DNA of 61,108 bases from Elainellaceae cyanobacterium (GCA_051117555.1 JBNPEG010000033.1:1-61108), one strand, 5' to 3'; numbered from the stretch's first letter, positions 31,117 through 42,117 are shown. Made by a program: numbers and translations. Notes: a model not told the origin generated them from the letters alone.

Positions 31117-32976
31117 CTATATCCCAATCACTAATGAGAGATTAGACAACAGTGACCACGTCATCAGAATGGCAATAATGGCCAGCCCAACCGCAATCGT
31201 GAGCACATAAAATTGCGTTTTTCCGGTGTTGCCATATTTCAGGGTTTCGCCGCCAAAGATAGACGCAATTCCGACAAAATTGACGAATCCATCCACCAGG
31301 TAGCGATCGCCCCAATCGATGATTCGAGAGACAATATCGACACTACCCACAACGCTAGAGCGATACAGTCTAGGAGTATAAAAATCGTAGGCAAGCAAGT
31401 CTTGAATGGGTTTCCAGGGCAACCGAATCGGCTTCGTCACAGGGCCAAGATAGACGACTCCAGCAATGCTGCCCCCAAAGATGCTCGACCAAATTAACAG
31501 CAGCGCGACATCTTTATTGAGCGTTGCCCAAGCCGGTAGGAGAGAAAGGCTTTGAAGAATAATCGGCAAATGTATCGTCAGCGATGCCATGATCACCATG
31601 GGAAGCGTGATGGTCCATAGGTTTTCGGGCGATCGCTGTGCCATTTGCTTGGGCGTATTGCCAAATATCAGACAGAAAATACGAATTGCACTAAATGCTG
31701 CTAATGAATTGATAATCAGAAGTAGAGCAGCTACTACAGGGTGAGTTGACCAGATCCGATCTACGAGCGTCAACATCGACCAGAACCCACCCAGCGGCGG
31801 CAGCGCAATCAGTCCGACGGCACCGACTAGATAGGACAGGCCAGAAATGGGGCGACGGCTCCACAACCCACCCAACTGAGTCAAATCTTGGGTGATGCTG
31901 TTGAGGATGACCGAGCCACAGCCCATGACCATCGCAGCACTGGCGATCGCATAGGTTAGCAGTAGGAGCAGTGCCGCCTCAGTCTGATGCGCGCCCACCG
32001 CCATAAACACGATACCCATGTAAGAAACAGTGAGATATGATAGTGCACGCTTTGTATCAATTTGGGCGATCGAAATGAGCGTGCCACCGATTGCAGAAAT
32101 TGCGCCAATGGCGATCGTCACGGCCATGGCAGTAGACGACAGACTCAAGACAGGCTCCAACTTGATCAATATCCAAGCACCCGTTGCCACCACGACCGAA
32201 TTTCGTAACACCGTACTCGGAAACGCCCCTTCCATTGCCTCATCAAGCCAAAGGTGTAATGGAAACTGAGCGCATTTCCCCATCGGGCCAGCAATCAGCG
32301 CTAAAGCGACCAGAGTCATCAATGTTGGATCAACCTGAGCCGTTTGCGCCCACTGAGCCATACCCTTAAAGTCCCACGTTCCAGCAAGGGGATAAATGGC
32401 TAACACCCCCATCAACAAAAGCAAATCACCGATTCGCTTCGTCAAGAACGCATCTCTAGCACCTGTGACCACGAGCGATTGGTTAAACCAAAGCCCGACC
32501 AGCAAATAGGTGCCCAACGTCAGGATTTCAAGAATCATGTAGCTGAAGAATAGAGAATCGCAAAGTGCAAGCCCACACATTCCCGCTTCAAATAGGGCCA
32601 GCAGGGCATAAAACCGCGCCCAACCCCAATCCATCTCTAGGTAGCCAACCGCATAGAGCTGAGACAGAAAATTGATGACCGTCACCAAAATAATGGCACT
32701 TAGGGTCACTGAGGAAATTTCCATTGGGAGGGTCAAATCAAGCCCGGCCACCTGAAGCCAAGGCAGATTGATATAGGTTGCAGATTGTTTCCAGGTCGCT
32801 GGAAACGCAATTAGGGCATGAAGACATGCTATGAATGTCATGATTAAGTTGACATATCCTGCAGGACGAGGCCCTGTTCGGCGAGTGATGGATGGAAACC
32901 ACACCACCGATATGATCATGCCGATGAGGGGATAGCAGGGAATAAACCAAGCCGTCTGCGCGAAAAACTGAGCCAT
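31117..32976 (-). CDS. ndhF3: NDH-1 subunit NdhF3
   Basis: RRTGPRPAGY, YLEMDWGWARFY, KCAQFPLHLWLDEAMEG. Confidence 0.93.
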   Translation of the reverse strand: MAQFFAQTAWFIPCYPLIGMIISVVWFPSITRRTGPRPAGYVNLIMTFIACLHALIAFPATWKQSATYINLPWLQVAGLDLTLPMEISSVTLSAIILVTVINFLSQLYAVGYLEMDWGWARFYALLALFEAGMCGLALCDSLFFSYMILEILTLGTYLLVGLWFNQSLVVTGARDAFLTKRIGDLLLLMGVLAIYPLAGTWDFKGMAQWAQTAQVDPTLMTLVALALIAGPMGKCAQFPLHLWLDEAMEGAFPSTVLRNSVVVATGAWILIKLEPVLSLSSTAMAVTIAIGAISAIGGTLISIAQIDTKRALSYLTVSYMGIVFMAVGAHQTEAALLLLLTYAIASAAMVMGCGSVILNSITQDLTQLGGLWSRRPISGLSYLVGAVGLIALPPLGGFWSMLTLVDRIWSTHPVVAALLLIINSLAAFSAIRIFCLIFGNTPKQMAQRSPENLWTITLPMVIMASLTIHLPIILQSLSLLPAWATLNKDVALLLIWSSIFGGSIAGVVYLGPVTKPIRLPWKPIQDLLAYDFYTPRLYRSSVVGSVDIVSRIIDWGDRYLVDGFVNFVGIASIFGGETLKYGNTGKTQFYVLTIAVGLAIIAILMTWSLLSNLSLVIGI

Positions 32977-33040
32977 TCGTTTAGTCCTAAAGACTTCAGA
33001 GTATTAAGATACTTCCAAGAGCGTCGAGCATTGTTCAAGC

Positions 33041-33060
33041 CCATAGACTTAAATCTATGG
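33041..33060. promoter_or_regulatory. NdhR (CcmR) operator, ATAG-N8-CTAT
   Basis: CCATAGACTTAAATCTATGG, about 65 bp upstream of the ndhF3 start; matches the known NdhR motif. Confidence 0.75.
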
Positions 33061-33175
33061 GAAAATAATTAATCATCATTTAATTGCTATGTATAGAATA
33101 GAATAACCCAAAATCTTAATAAACATTGAAAAAAATCAATAGGAATTTCTTGCAACCGTCTTAAGGTTTTCCTTA

Positions 33176-33266
33176 TATAGCCGTACGCTCTCGCGATAGG
33201 ACGTTGAACGCGGGGTGAAGCTCCTGCGCCGCGCTCACCACACAAACCTAATCCCGTAGGGCTATA
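33176..33266 (-). mobile_element. TATAGC-ended MITE, family B
   Basis: Reverse-oriented copy of 18381-18474 with an altered core. Confidence 0.85.
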
Positions 33267-33432
33267 TGGAGTTAATCGAGTAGCATCGCTCGACCTTAAC
33301 CTCATGAGTACAAAAAAATCAGGATAACTTGAGTCAGTCGAATTGACTGCCCTGTAACGATATACCCCGTGCTTGGCAGAACCTTGACCGCAGTAATGTG
33401 CCAGTTGTGTTAGCGTGTTTAGCGGTGGCACT

Positions 33433-33491
33433 GTCAACGTCGAGTCAACGTCGAGTCAACGTCGAGTCAACGTCGAGTCAACGTCGGGTCA
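33433..33491. repeat. 11-bp tandem repeat x5
   Basis: GTCAACGTCGA x4 + GTCAACGTCGG + GTCA. Confidence 0.95.
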
Positions 33492-33531
33492 GTTTCGCGA
33501 TATTTCGTCTACGGTGTATTAGGAGGTATTT

Positions 33532-33849
33532 GTGGGTGTTCCTGAATCGTCTCCGCTACGGTCAGATATGATGTCAGACGCTAATCTTACAGGGCAAACT
33601 CAAACTCGCATTCGCATGCGGATTCCGAAACGACATCAGCAAGAGCCGATTATTTCAAACTTAGTAGCTCAACATGGCTTGACGGTGAATATTTCAGCGG
33701 CGCTAATGACTGCAAATCGCCATGAGGATGGGTGGTTTGATCTTGAGTTGCGAGGAACACCGGTCTCAATCGAGCAAGGGCTGACCTATTTGAGAGAGTT
33801 GGGCTTAGAAATCTGGGACGATGCAAGCACAGAGGGCGATCGCTGGTGA
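33532..33849 (+). CDS. NIL-domain protein
   Basis: RIPKRHQQEPIIS.L...GL.VNI.AA...DGWFDLELRG; AGGAGG RBS before the GTG start. Confidence 0.8.
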   Translation: MGVPESSPLRSDMMSDANLTGQTQTRIRMRIPKRHQQEPIISNLVAQHGLTVNISAALMTANRHEDGWFDLELRGTPVSIEQGLTYLRELGLEIWDDASTEGDRW

Positions 33850-34480
33850 AACTCTTAGACTCAAAGATCCTTATCCTGACGAGGATGTGAATCGCTCAAG
33901 CAAGAGCATCGAAAGCTGATTCAAGAAGTATTTTGCAACCACAATTAACAGCCCAATGCTCAGCACCTGTATAGTGATGAGCTTTTTAGGTTTAAGGTCT
34001 TGAGTCTGCATGTCCCCTCCCGCTCACGAACGGCTGATCGATCAAAATGAGCTTATGCCACGCCTCGATTTTTGATTTTCGATTTTGGATTCACAGCCAT
34101 TAATGCTGCAAAGATTCCAGACTTTGCATCTGGAGTGTTTATTTAGAGAAGCGATATTGGTCATATTCATAACGAGTATGACTTATTTATATCATACTCA
34201 TGCTGGGTATGACTTACAGTTTAGTGATTTATAGTAGATTGGCTGATTTATAGCAATTTGCCATTGCGTTACGTGCAGGCATTACAGGCAGGCATTACGT
34301 GCAGGCGAAACCCTCTCAAATGCTGCCCTAACGGGCGATCGCTCGCTACTCTTGTTACAGTTCTTAATGTATAGTATCTTCCCTGCTAGGGATTCACCCC
34401 TGTGCTTTAAACACCATACGGTGTTAGAGAGTATGCAATTCGACCTGCGTTAAATTTCTCATTTAACAAAAGCAGCCACT

Positions 34481-35956
34481 ATGTATATTGTGCAAATCGC
34501 GTCAGAATGTGCACCCGTTATCAAAGCAGGCGGGCTCGGCGATGTCATCTATGGACTTAGCCGAGCATCAGAGATTCGAGGCCATTGTGTTGAAATCATC
34601 CTGCCCATGTATGACTGCATGCGGTATGACCATATCTGGGGGCTCCATGATGCCTATCGAGATCTGTGGGTGCCCTGGTATGGTGCGACTATTCATTGCT
34701 CAGTGTTTTGCGGGTGGGTTCACGGACGGCTTTGCTTTTTCATTCAGCCCCACTCTCAAGACAACTTTTTTAATCGTGGCGTGGTCTACGGTCACAATGA
34801 TGACAATATGCGCTTTGCCTTTTTTAGTAAGGCAGCACTCGAATTTTTGCACCAGAGCAATAAGCGTCCTGACGTCATCCACTGCCACGATTGGCAAACC
34901 GGGTTAGTGCCCGTCATGCTGTTTGAAATCTATAAATATCACGGCATGGCAAATCAGCGGGTTTGCTACACCATTCATAATTTCAAGCATCAAGGGCTGG
35001 GCGGCAATGAGATTCTGCAAGCGGTTGGGCTGAATCGACCTGACTATTATTTCCAATACGATCGCCTCCGAGATAATTTCAATCCCTTCGCGCTGAATTT
35101 TATGAAAGGGGGAATTGTCTACTCTAATTACGTGACTACTGTTTCACCCCATCACGCTTGGGAAGCCCACTGCGGCGAGTACGGATATGGATTGGGGCAC
35201 ACCCTGCATTTGCATCAAGATAAATTTAAAGGCATTCTCAATGGCATTGATTATAAGGTTTGGAATCCTGAATCAGATGACTATATTCCTCATTCCTTCT
35301 CGATAGACGATCTCAGCGGCAAGGCGAGAAACAAGAAAGCCCTGCGCGAACGGCTGATGCTACAGGATGTTGATAAACCGCTCATCGCATTCATCGGTCG
35401 GTTAGATCAGCAGAAGGGGGTTCATTTGGTTCACCATGCCATTTACTATGCGCTTGGACGAGGCGCTCAGTTTATGTTGCTTGGGTCTGCAACTGAAGCC
35501 GGAATTAACGACCACTTCCGACATGAAAAGATTCACTTAAATGAGAACCCCGACTGTCACCTAGAAGTGGGGTTCAATGAAGAGCTATCGCACCTGATGT
35601 ATGCTGGGGCAGATCTCATTTTGGCACCGAGCAACTATGAACCGTGTGGGCTCGTGCAAATGATTGGCCTGCGGTACGGCACGGTGCCGATTGTGAGAGG
35701 AGTAGGAGGACTGGTCAATACTGTATTCGATCGCGACTATGACGAGACAGTGCTGCCTGAAAGGCGAAATGGCTATGTATTTTATCAGTCTGACTACCAT
35801 GCTCTAGAGTCAGCGATGGATCGAGCGATCGGACTCTGGTATGACTATCCTCAAGAGTTTCAGCAATTGATGATTCAAGGCATGAAATATGATTATTCGT
35901 GGAATCATCCAGGCGCAGATTATATCGAGGTCTTTGATTCTATTCGGCATCGGTGA
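34481..35956 (+). CDS. glgA: Glycogen synthase
   Basis: ASECAPVIKAGGLGDV, IHCHDWQTG, GILNGID, PSNYEPCGL. Confidence 0.96.
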   Translation: MYIVQIASECAPVIKAGGLGDVIYGLSRASEIRGHCVEIILPMYDCMRYDHIWGLHDAYRDLWVPWYGATIHCSVFCGWVHGRLCFFIQPHSQDNFFNRGVVYGHNDDNMRFAFFSKAALEFLHQSNKRPDVIHCHDWQTGLVPVMLFEIYKYHGMANQRVCYTIHNFKHQGLGGNEILQAVGLNRPDYYFQYDRLRDNFNPFALNFMKGGIVYSNYVTTVSPHHAWEAHCGEYGYGLGHTLHLHQDKFKGILNGIDYKVWNPESDDYIPHSFSIDDLSGKARNKKALRERLMLQDVDKPLIAFIGRLDQQKGVHLVHHAIYYALGRGAQFMLLGSATEAGINDHFRHEKIHLNENPDCHLEVGFNEELSHLMYAGADLILAPSNYEPCGLVQMIGLRYGTVPIVRGVGGLVNTVFDRDYDETVLPERRNGYVFYQSDYHALESAMDRAIGLWYDYPQEFQQLMIQGMKYDYSWNHPGADYIEVFDSIRHR

Positions 35957-35978
35957 AGACACCCCACGGTGCTTGCAA

Positions 35979-37103
35979 TCAGTCACTCAGCACCAAATTA
36001 TCTCGGTGAATGACCGTCTCCGCCCCCTCGTAGCCTAAGATTTGAGAAATTTTCTCAGAATGCGCCCCTCGAATCTTTTGTAATTCAGCGCTGTTGTAGT
36101 TGACGATGCCCCGTGCGACTTCGTGACCGGTGCGATCGCACAGTTGCACAGCATCTTTGCGCTGAAACTCTCCCTCAATTTCGGTAATGCCAGCAGCCAA
36201 TAATGACCTACCTGCCCGACAAATGGCAGTGACGGCTCCCTGATCTAGATACAGCTTGCCCGCCGGAACTAACCCGTGCGCGATCCATCGTTTGCGTGCG
36301 TTAGAGGGTTGTGGCTTTGGCTCAAACCAGGTGCCAAGCGGTTCTCCTGCGAGAATTTTGGTGATATTTTGGGGCGATCGCCCGTCGGTAATCACCATGC
36401 GTACACCCGCTGTCGTGGCAATGCGAGCTGCTGCAATCTTAGTAATCATGCCGCCCGTGCCCCAGTTAGAGCCGCGATCGCCCACGCTAATTTGAAGATC
36501 GTGCAATTCATCCACTGTGTCGACCAAGTGAATAGGCTGTGCATCGGGATGAAGACGCGGGTCAGCAGAATAGAGCCGATCGACATCGGTGAGCAAAAAT
36601 AACCAATCCGCCTCGACAAGACTAGCCACCAGCGCCGAAAGGGTATCGTTATCACCAAAGGTTAGCTCGTCGACTGAAACTGTATCATTCTCATTCACGA
36701 TGGGAATCACACCCAATCGCAGCAGTTGCCGAAAGGTGCGATAGGCATTGACATAGCGACTACGCTGGACTAAATCACTCCGGGTTAGTAAGACTTGAGC
36801 AATTGGCTGTTGAAGCGAGGTAAACAAATCATCATAGACTCGCATGAGCCGACCTTGCCCCACAGCGGCAACAGCCTGCTTCATCGACATGGTTTTGGGG
36901 CGCTCAGTCAACCCCAGACGAACGCACCCCACCCCAACCGCACCCGACGACACTAAAATCACCTCATGGCCCTGGTTGCGTAAATGGCATAGGGCTTCAA
37001 CCAAAGACGCGATCGTTGAAAGGGCAAGATGCCCCGTTTTGGATTGAGTCAGGCTAGAGGTGCCAATCTTGATCACCAGTGTTTGGCGCATAAGAGCACA
37101 CAT
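35979..37103 (-). CDS. proB: Glutamate 5-kinase
   Basis: [33 protein letters not shown]-terminal PUA domain ending IHRDNL. Confidence 0.96.
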   Translation of the reverse strand: MCALMRQTLVIKIGTSSLTQSKTGHLALSTIASLVEALCHLRNQGHEVILVSSGAVGVGCVRLGLTERPKTMSMKQAVAAVGQGRLMRVYDDLFTSLQQPIAQVLLTRSDLVQRSRYVNAYRTFRQLLRLGVIPIVNENDTVSVDELTFGDNDTLSALVASLVEADWLFLLTDVDRLYSADPRLHPDAQPIHLVDTVDELHDLQISVGDRGSNWGTGGMITKIAAARIATTAGVRMVITDGRSPQNITKILAGEPLGTWFEPKPQPSNARKRWIAHGLVPAGKLYLDQGAVTAICRAGRSLLAAGITEIEGEFQRKDAVQLCDRTGHEVARGIVNYNSAELQKIRGAHSEKISQILGYEGAETVIHRDNLVLSD

Positions 37104-37142
37104 TAAACGTAAAGTCGCGGACTATCATCATAAAAATAGACA

Positions 37143-37186
37143 TCTCAAAGCGCCAGCTCCTATTAATGGGCGCTGACGCTCTGAGA
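37143..37186 (-). terminator. Long hairpin between yqeG and proB (terminator or stabilizer)
   Basis: Minus strand TCTCAGAGCGTCAGC...GCTGGCGCTTTGAGA; mismatches become G-U pairs only on this strand. Confidence 0.5.
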
Positions 37187-37322
37187 AAGTATTCATAGGT
37201 ATTTATCGCTTAGGGTCCATATATCAGCTGGCCCCATTTAATCTATAGTCAATACTCTCAGATTTGCTGGATCGGCAAATGTTTCATAATGGTTTCTTTA
37301 TATTTTTATTGATTCGTTTTTC

Positions 37323-37871
37323 TTACGAATTGTTACTATCGATAACACCGCTTTGCAAAGGTGCTAAAGACACACCAAAAAGCTGAGACAGCCAGACTTC
37401 GAAATTACGCACTGGATTTTTTTGCATCACTTCAGCAGGATTGAGAATGGGCTCAACGAGAATAGTAAACATGCCGAGACGATTTCCTGCCAAAACATCA
37501 GTCAAGAGGCGATCGCCCACCATCGCAATTCGGCCAACCGGGCTATCAATTGCAGTAACCGCCTGTCTGAGTTTGCGTCGAGATGGTTTGAGTGCTCCTG
37601 AAATGTAGGGCACTTCGAGAGACTCAGCAATGCGTCTGATCCGGGTTTGACTGATATTGTTGCTCACCAACCACAAATCGACGCTGGGTTTGACAGCCAA
37701 AACCCAGTCACGCAATTCTGCTGATGCTTGAGATTCATTAATAGGAACGAGTGTTTCGTCCACATCGAGAACAAGAGCTTCAAGATGGTGTTGCTCCAAG
37801 ATATCAGGAGTCAGGCTCAAGACTGAGCTTCCCAATATTAAATCAGGTTGTAAAAGATTACCTAGAGACAT
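37323..37871 (-). CDS. YqeG-family HAD IIIA phosphatase
   Basis: LDVDETL, LVSNN, KP, VGDRLLTDVLAGNR. Confidence 0.92.
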   Translation of the reverse strand: MSLGNLLQPDLILGSSVLSLTPDILEQHHLEALVLDVDETLVPINESQASAELRDWVLAVKPSVDLWLVSNNISQTRIRRIAESLEVPYISGALKPSRRKLRQAVTAIDSPVGRIAMVGDRLLTDVLAGNRLGMFTILVEPILNPAEVMQKNPVRNFEVWLSQLFGVSLAPLQSGVIDSNNS

Positions 37872-37988
37872 AGTTAATAAGGATGCAGGTTAAATAAGCT
37901 CGGTCACTCTCATACCTTACAGAATCGATAGTGGGGATCTCATGATTATGAACAAAATGGTCAGATTTAGACCTACACCCTCGCTAAG

Positions 37989-39116
37989 CTAGTTGGCGGT
38001 ACCCGAGTTATTTTCAGTTTCTGAGGCAATCTCGTCTCGAATGGTTGCTTGCGCCGCTTCATGTTCAGCAAGCGTCCGACTAAAAATATGAGTGCCGTCA
38101 TAGCGCGCCACGAAATAAAGATATTCAGTTTCGTCTGGAACAAGCGATGCCTCTAGGCTCGCGCCCCCAGGACTGGCAATCGGGCCAGGTGGCAACCCCG
38201 GATTTAGGTATGTATTGTAGGGAGATGGCGTATTGACCTCAGTAAGGGTAAGGGGCTGCTCTGGCGTTTGCTGAATCCCCAAGGCATATTCGACGGTTGG
38301 ATCTGCGCCTAAGGGAATACCGTCTTGTAGGCGGCGGGCGAACACGGCTGCAATTTGGGGACGCTCAGAACTGACAACTGCTTCCTTCTCGACAATGCTT
38401 GCAAGCGTAACCCACTCAAGCAGCGTAAACGGAGACTGACTCTGCTGAGCTTCATAAAGAGGCAACGCAACCTGCTCAAAGCGTTGAAGCATCTGATTAA
38501 CCAGCAAGGACGGCTCGACATCTCCGACAAACTGATAGGTGTCGGGATACAGAAACCCTTCAAGATCGGCCCCATCGGCTTGAAAAATCTCGCTGGGAAG
38601 CCAAGGGTATTGCTGTGGAGTGACTTGACGAGTCGCCGTCAGGAATTCGGCAGCCGTAAACCATTCTTGGTCTTCGACGTAATCGGCCATTTGTTGGAGC
38701 GACCATCCTTCGGGAATGGTGACACTCTGCTGCACTACATCTCCCTGCCAAATCGTGTTGGCGATCGCAGGCAACGGCTCAGTTGGCGACAATGCGTACG
38801 TTCCTGCCAAATATCCTCCCTGGCGATTCGTTAACGTTTGCCACCGAGTCCATAGATCCCATGCAGTTGTCGAACGAATCAAGCCTGCGGTTTCCAAATC
38901 TCTACCGATTTGCCGAGCCGAGGTTCCCTGGGGGATTTGAATTTGAATGACCGGATCGGCAGCCGTATCATCAACCGGTTCGTCAGGAATAACGGGCGAA
39001 CTCGCCCAACTCCACCAAGCCCAACCTTGCCAGCCGCAACCAATTAAGGTAAGGGGCAGAATCGCGCCATAAAAAAGCCATTTTGAGAAACGCACACGTC
39101 CCATGGCAGATTGCAA
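37989..39116 (-). CDS. mltG: Endolytic transglycosylase MltG
   Basis: TIPEG, LEGFLYPDTY, ASIVEKE, SPYNTY..GLPPGPI.SPG, YLYFVA. Confidence 0.95.
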   Translation of the reverse strand: MQSAMGRVRFSKWLFYGAILPLTLIGCGWQGWAWWSWASSPVIPDEPVDDTAADPVIQIQIPQGTSARQIGRDLETAGLIRSTTAWDLWTRWQTLTNRQGGYLAGTYALSPTEPLPAIANTIWQGDVVQQSVTIPEGWSLQQMADYVEDQEWFTAAEFLTATRQVTPQQYPWLPSEIFQADGADLEGFLYPDTYQFVGDVEPSLLVNQMLQRFEQVALPLYEAQQSQSPFTLLEWVTLASIVEKEAVVSSERPQIAAVFARRLQDGIPLGADPTVEYALGIQQTPEQPLTLTEVNTPSPYNTYLNPGLPPGPIASPGGASLEASLVPDETEYLYFVARYDGTHIFSRTLAEHEAAQATIRDEIASETENNSGTAN

Positions 39117-39238
39117 TCATTGATGTATGCAAATGAACCTAGACTCTACAATAGCGAACTATTGGCTTAACCCGCTTAACAAACATCACACCCAGCACTC
39201 TGCTCCGCTGCGAACACGGCATCAGCCTAGGGAGTAGG

Positions 39239-39832
39239 CTAATCGTCTACGCCCTCAAATATTTGATCTTCTAGCTCAGGTCGGACTGCTTGAAATTCTT
39301 CGGGTGAAAGGAGTTCAAGCTCTCCTCGAGGCGTTGTGCGGGCAAAAAACATCAGCGGAGCCAGCGGGGTATAAATTGCGTATGCTTGCTCTTCAAAGTA
39401 AAAATTTGCTAGGAGCTGGAACTCTTCAATGTCTTCATCATCATCGATTTCCAGAGTAATGATCTCCTCTTCACTGGCTTCTGGAAGGGCACCTTTAGCG
39501 GTCAGAGTAAATGCCGACCGATATAAGGTGAGATCGTGTTCAGCTAGAACGGCTCTAGCGGTCGAGAAAATCTCATCAATTTCATCCTCATCGATATCGA
39601 CTAGATTCTCTTCCTCGTCATCTTCCTCATCTGCTTCCCAGGCAAAGATTTCGATGGGTGCATCCAACGTTGAGAGCAACACATATTCGCTGCCATCAAT
39701 TTCAAACGAGCGTTCAATGGCGCAGGTCAGCGATCGCCCCAGTTCGTCTGTCAGCGACACCGTAATCGGTTCAGAATCTGATGTTTCTCCATACGTTTCT
39801 GAATTTTCTTTGTCCATATTGGGATCAGTCAT
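39239..39832 (-). CDS. DUF3727/DUF1292-like acidic protein
   Basis: GRSLTC, ARAVLAEHDL.L..SAFTLT..G; conserved cyanobacterial position next to ruvX. Confidence 0.82.
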   Translation of the reverse strand: MTDPNMDKENSETYGETSDSEPITVSLTDELGRSLTCAIERSFEIDGSEYVLLSTLDAPIEIFAWEADEEDDEEENLVDIDEDEIDEIFSTARAVLAEHDLTLYRSAFTLTAKGALPEASEEEIITLEIDDDEDIEEFQLLANFYFEEQAYAIYTPLAPLMFFARTTPRGELELLSPEEFQAVRPELEDQIFEGVDD

Positions 39833-39983
39833 AGTCGAGGTGAACGATATAAATAAGAGGAGGGTCTAAGCCTAAGGGAATGAGTCTTGCGCACCAAAAT
39901 ATCGCCTTCGCGAACAGTATTTTTGAGCCGCGTGACCGACAATCCCACGCCATATTACCAGCATACGCGGTAGAGTTACTACT

Positions 39984-40421
39984 TTAAGAGGGCGATTCTG
40001 GCAACTGGGTGCGCCGCGTGTCAAGCCACTGCTGCAAGATGATGGCAGCGGCTTTACGGTCTATTAAGCCTTTATTGCGAGAGGGCGATCGCCGCTCAGC
40101 ATGGAGAAATTGCTCAGCTTGAAAGGATGTGAGTCGTTCGTCGACATATTCAACAGGTAACTCCAGGGCTGAACTGAGCCGCTGGGCAAATTTCTGCACC
40201 TGTCGAGCTTGGAACCCTAGCTTGCCATCCATCGTGTATGGCAACCCGATCACCAAAACCTGTACGCCTCGTTGTCGGACTAGATCTTGGAGATGGCTAA
40301 CATCCTGCCGGAATGAGCGACGTTCAATGGTAGTAAGCCCTATAGCAATCAGCCCTGTGCCATCACATCCAGCGACCCCGATACGCTTCTTCCCCACGTC
40401 AAGACCGAGTGCTGAAATCAT
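39984..40421 (-). CDS. ruvX: Holliday junction resolvase-like RuvX/YqgF
   Basis: ALGLDVGKKRIGVA, VIGLP, DERLTS, IDRKAAAIILQ; start set at MISALG. Confidence 0.93.
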   Translation of the reverse strand: MISALGLDVGKKRIGVAGCDGTGLIAIGLTTIERRSFRQDVSHLQDLVRQRGVQVLVIGLPYTMDGKLGFQARQVQKFAQRLSSALELPVEYVDERLTSFQAEQFLHAERRSPSRNKGLIDRKAAAIILQQWLDTRRTQLPESPS

Positions 40422-40440
40422 GAGGGCCACACTGGAGTCA

Positions 40441-41712
40441 TTATGCGTCTGGAGACTGTTGGCGATCGCCCTCGTCATCATTCTCCTCCGACCGATGACC
40501 ATCGGTGGATACCGAGTCGGGCGGAGATAAGGGAGAAGTTTTGGATGGCAGTTGCCGATAGGGTGAGGGAGACGAAAAGGGAGAGGGTAGAGCAAACCGC
40601 CCTGGCACGGGCTTCCGACTGGGCTGAAATCCTTGGAGCACCTCAGAGAGCTGCAATGCCTCTAACGAGACTGGCTTCGCTTCTCGCAGTTTGTGCCATA
40701 CTGAACGCGACATCAACAGAGTGTGCTCAGTCCGGGTGGCACCAATTTGCTCAAAGTACTCTTCTCGTTCAGGCTGATAATCAGACGACACCAACCGCAA
40801 TCCTTGACTGGCAAGAGGTTTCATAGCAATCGCCATCTGAGCAAGCAATTCTGGATAAAGCCACGTATAGGCTGGGTGAACCGTCAACTGAGCCGAGTGG
40901 GGTTGAGTGCCATCCGCACAAAGCTGCAAGCAAAAATAGCCGATCGCGGCTTTACGCTGCGGCTCAAACACATACCGTTCGATTACTTCAGTTCGATTCA
41001 TCCAGCGCTTAATGCCTTTAACCGCGATGCCAGGAAGCCCGGTCTTAAAGTCAACCACATGGCGATCGAAGACTTGGCGCACCAGAGGTGGCATAGACGC
41101 CGTATCGAGTTGATGGAGTAACGACGCATCGGTATTACTCACGGGCCGGAGGTTTGGTAAATCGGGTTCTCGGGTTGCCAACTGCTGGATAGTATCGGGT
41201 GCGATCGCCCAATAGGTGTTCTGGGCTAGTGGTTGAAATCCATTTTGCCGATAGAGCGACAAAGCCCCCTTATCATTGACCTCTAGCTCAATCAGCCACG
41301 TCCGCGCTTCCCAAATTTTTTCAAAACAATGTCGAAGAAGCTGCGATGCAATCTCGTGAGAAAACGAACCTTGCCCATTGCCTGCCGCTCCTCCACCCAC
41401 CAAAATCCGATCGGCTCTCCATGTGCTGCGCGTTCGGTTGAAGGGAGAGACCTGAATAGCCCCTTGAATCACATCGCCCTGTTCGCCCACATACATGCAG
41501 AGCAGATGCTGGAGAGGATTCGGAAAAAAACTTAAAAATTTAAGCGGGCCATACCATCGGCGAATCTGCTGTAACTGTTCAGACAAGTTAGCGTCACAAT
41601 CGCGGCTTTCCGCCTCAAGACCTTCTGCGGCGATATGCTCAATTGCTTCCAGATCTCGATACTGGAATGGACGAATCGTCAGGTTGGCGCGTTGGGAGAA
41701 GGCTGAGGTCAT
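40441..41712 (-). CDS. GNAT-family acetyltransferase (conserved cyanobacterial type)
   Basis: IRPFQYRDL, SPFNRTRSTWR, LYRQNGFQPLA; GAGG RBS before ATG 41712. Confidence 0.82.
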   Translation of the reverse strand: MTSAFSQRANLTIRPFQYRDLEAIEHIAAEGLEAESRDCDANLSEQLQQIRRWYGPLKFLSFFPNPLQHLLCMYVGEQGDVIQGAIQVSPFNRTRSTWRADRILVGGGAAGNGQGSFSHEIASQLLRHCFEKIWEARTWLIELEVNDKGALSLYRQNGFQPLAQNTYWAIAPDTIQQLATREPDLPNLRPVSNTDASLLHQLDTASMPPLVRQVFDRHVVDFKTGLPGIAVKGIKRWMNRTEVIERYVFEPQRKAAIGYFCLQLCADGTQPHSAQLTVHPAYTWLYPELLAQMAIAMKPLASQGLRLVSSDYQPEREEYFEQIGATRTEHTLLMSRSVWHKLREAKPVSLEALQLSEVLQGFQPSRKPVPGRFALPSPFSSPSPYRQLPSKTSPLSPPDSVSTDGHRSEENDDEGDRQQSPDA

Positions 41713-41917
41713 GTGTCCTCTGTGGGTAATCAGTCTTAAGGCTTCAATGGGGAAAATCCATCGGGTAATCAAATCGTAACCGTTTCGTGAAAACGACTAT
41801 TTTCGTGAAAACGACTATCAATTCTACTACCACTTTAATAGAGCATTCACAAAAGATCTTCCTAGACTGGTGCAAATTCTCAATTCGAGCTTAAGCCACT
41901 ACACCCCAAATTTGGCT

Positions 41918-42117
41918 AGTCACGCGTTGATTTTGATGACACGGCAACAGCGGGCGGGCATTAAACCAGATTGCTGATCTGCTCCCTTAACCCGACACCG
42001 AAGCTTGAGAAGCCGACACGTAACCGCTTAAAAAACTGCGGCGGTTGCCATACGCGTGACCCGCAACAAAGCTGTAATTAGGTTACGCTCTATGGATCAG
42101 GATTGTCATCGCTTTAC
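41918..42117 (-). ncRNA. Candidate structured cis-regulatory RNA or sRNA with a SAM-clan-like four-way junction
   Basis: TACAAT -10 at 42129-42124; P1 CTGATC/GATCAG; P2 GCGTAACC/GGTCACGC; P3 GGCAACC-GCCGC/GCGGT-TACGTGTC; P4 GCTTCT/GGGAGC; downstream anti-aptamer-like complement. Confidence 0.5.

Noticed and set aside
33433..33491. Repeat array as a CRISPR
   Set aside because: 11-bp units with no spacers and no cas genes; a minisatellite.
41918..42061. 6S RNA or SRP RNA identity for the structured element
   Set aside because: No SRP GGAA-loop/AGCAG motif and no long rod with a central bubble of 6S length.
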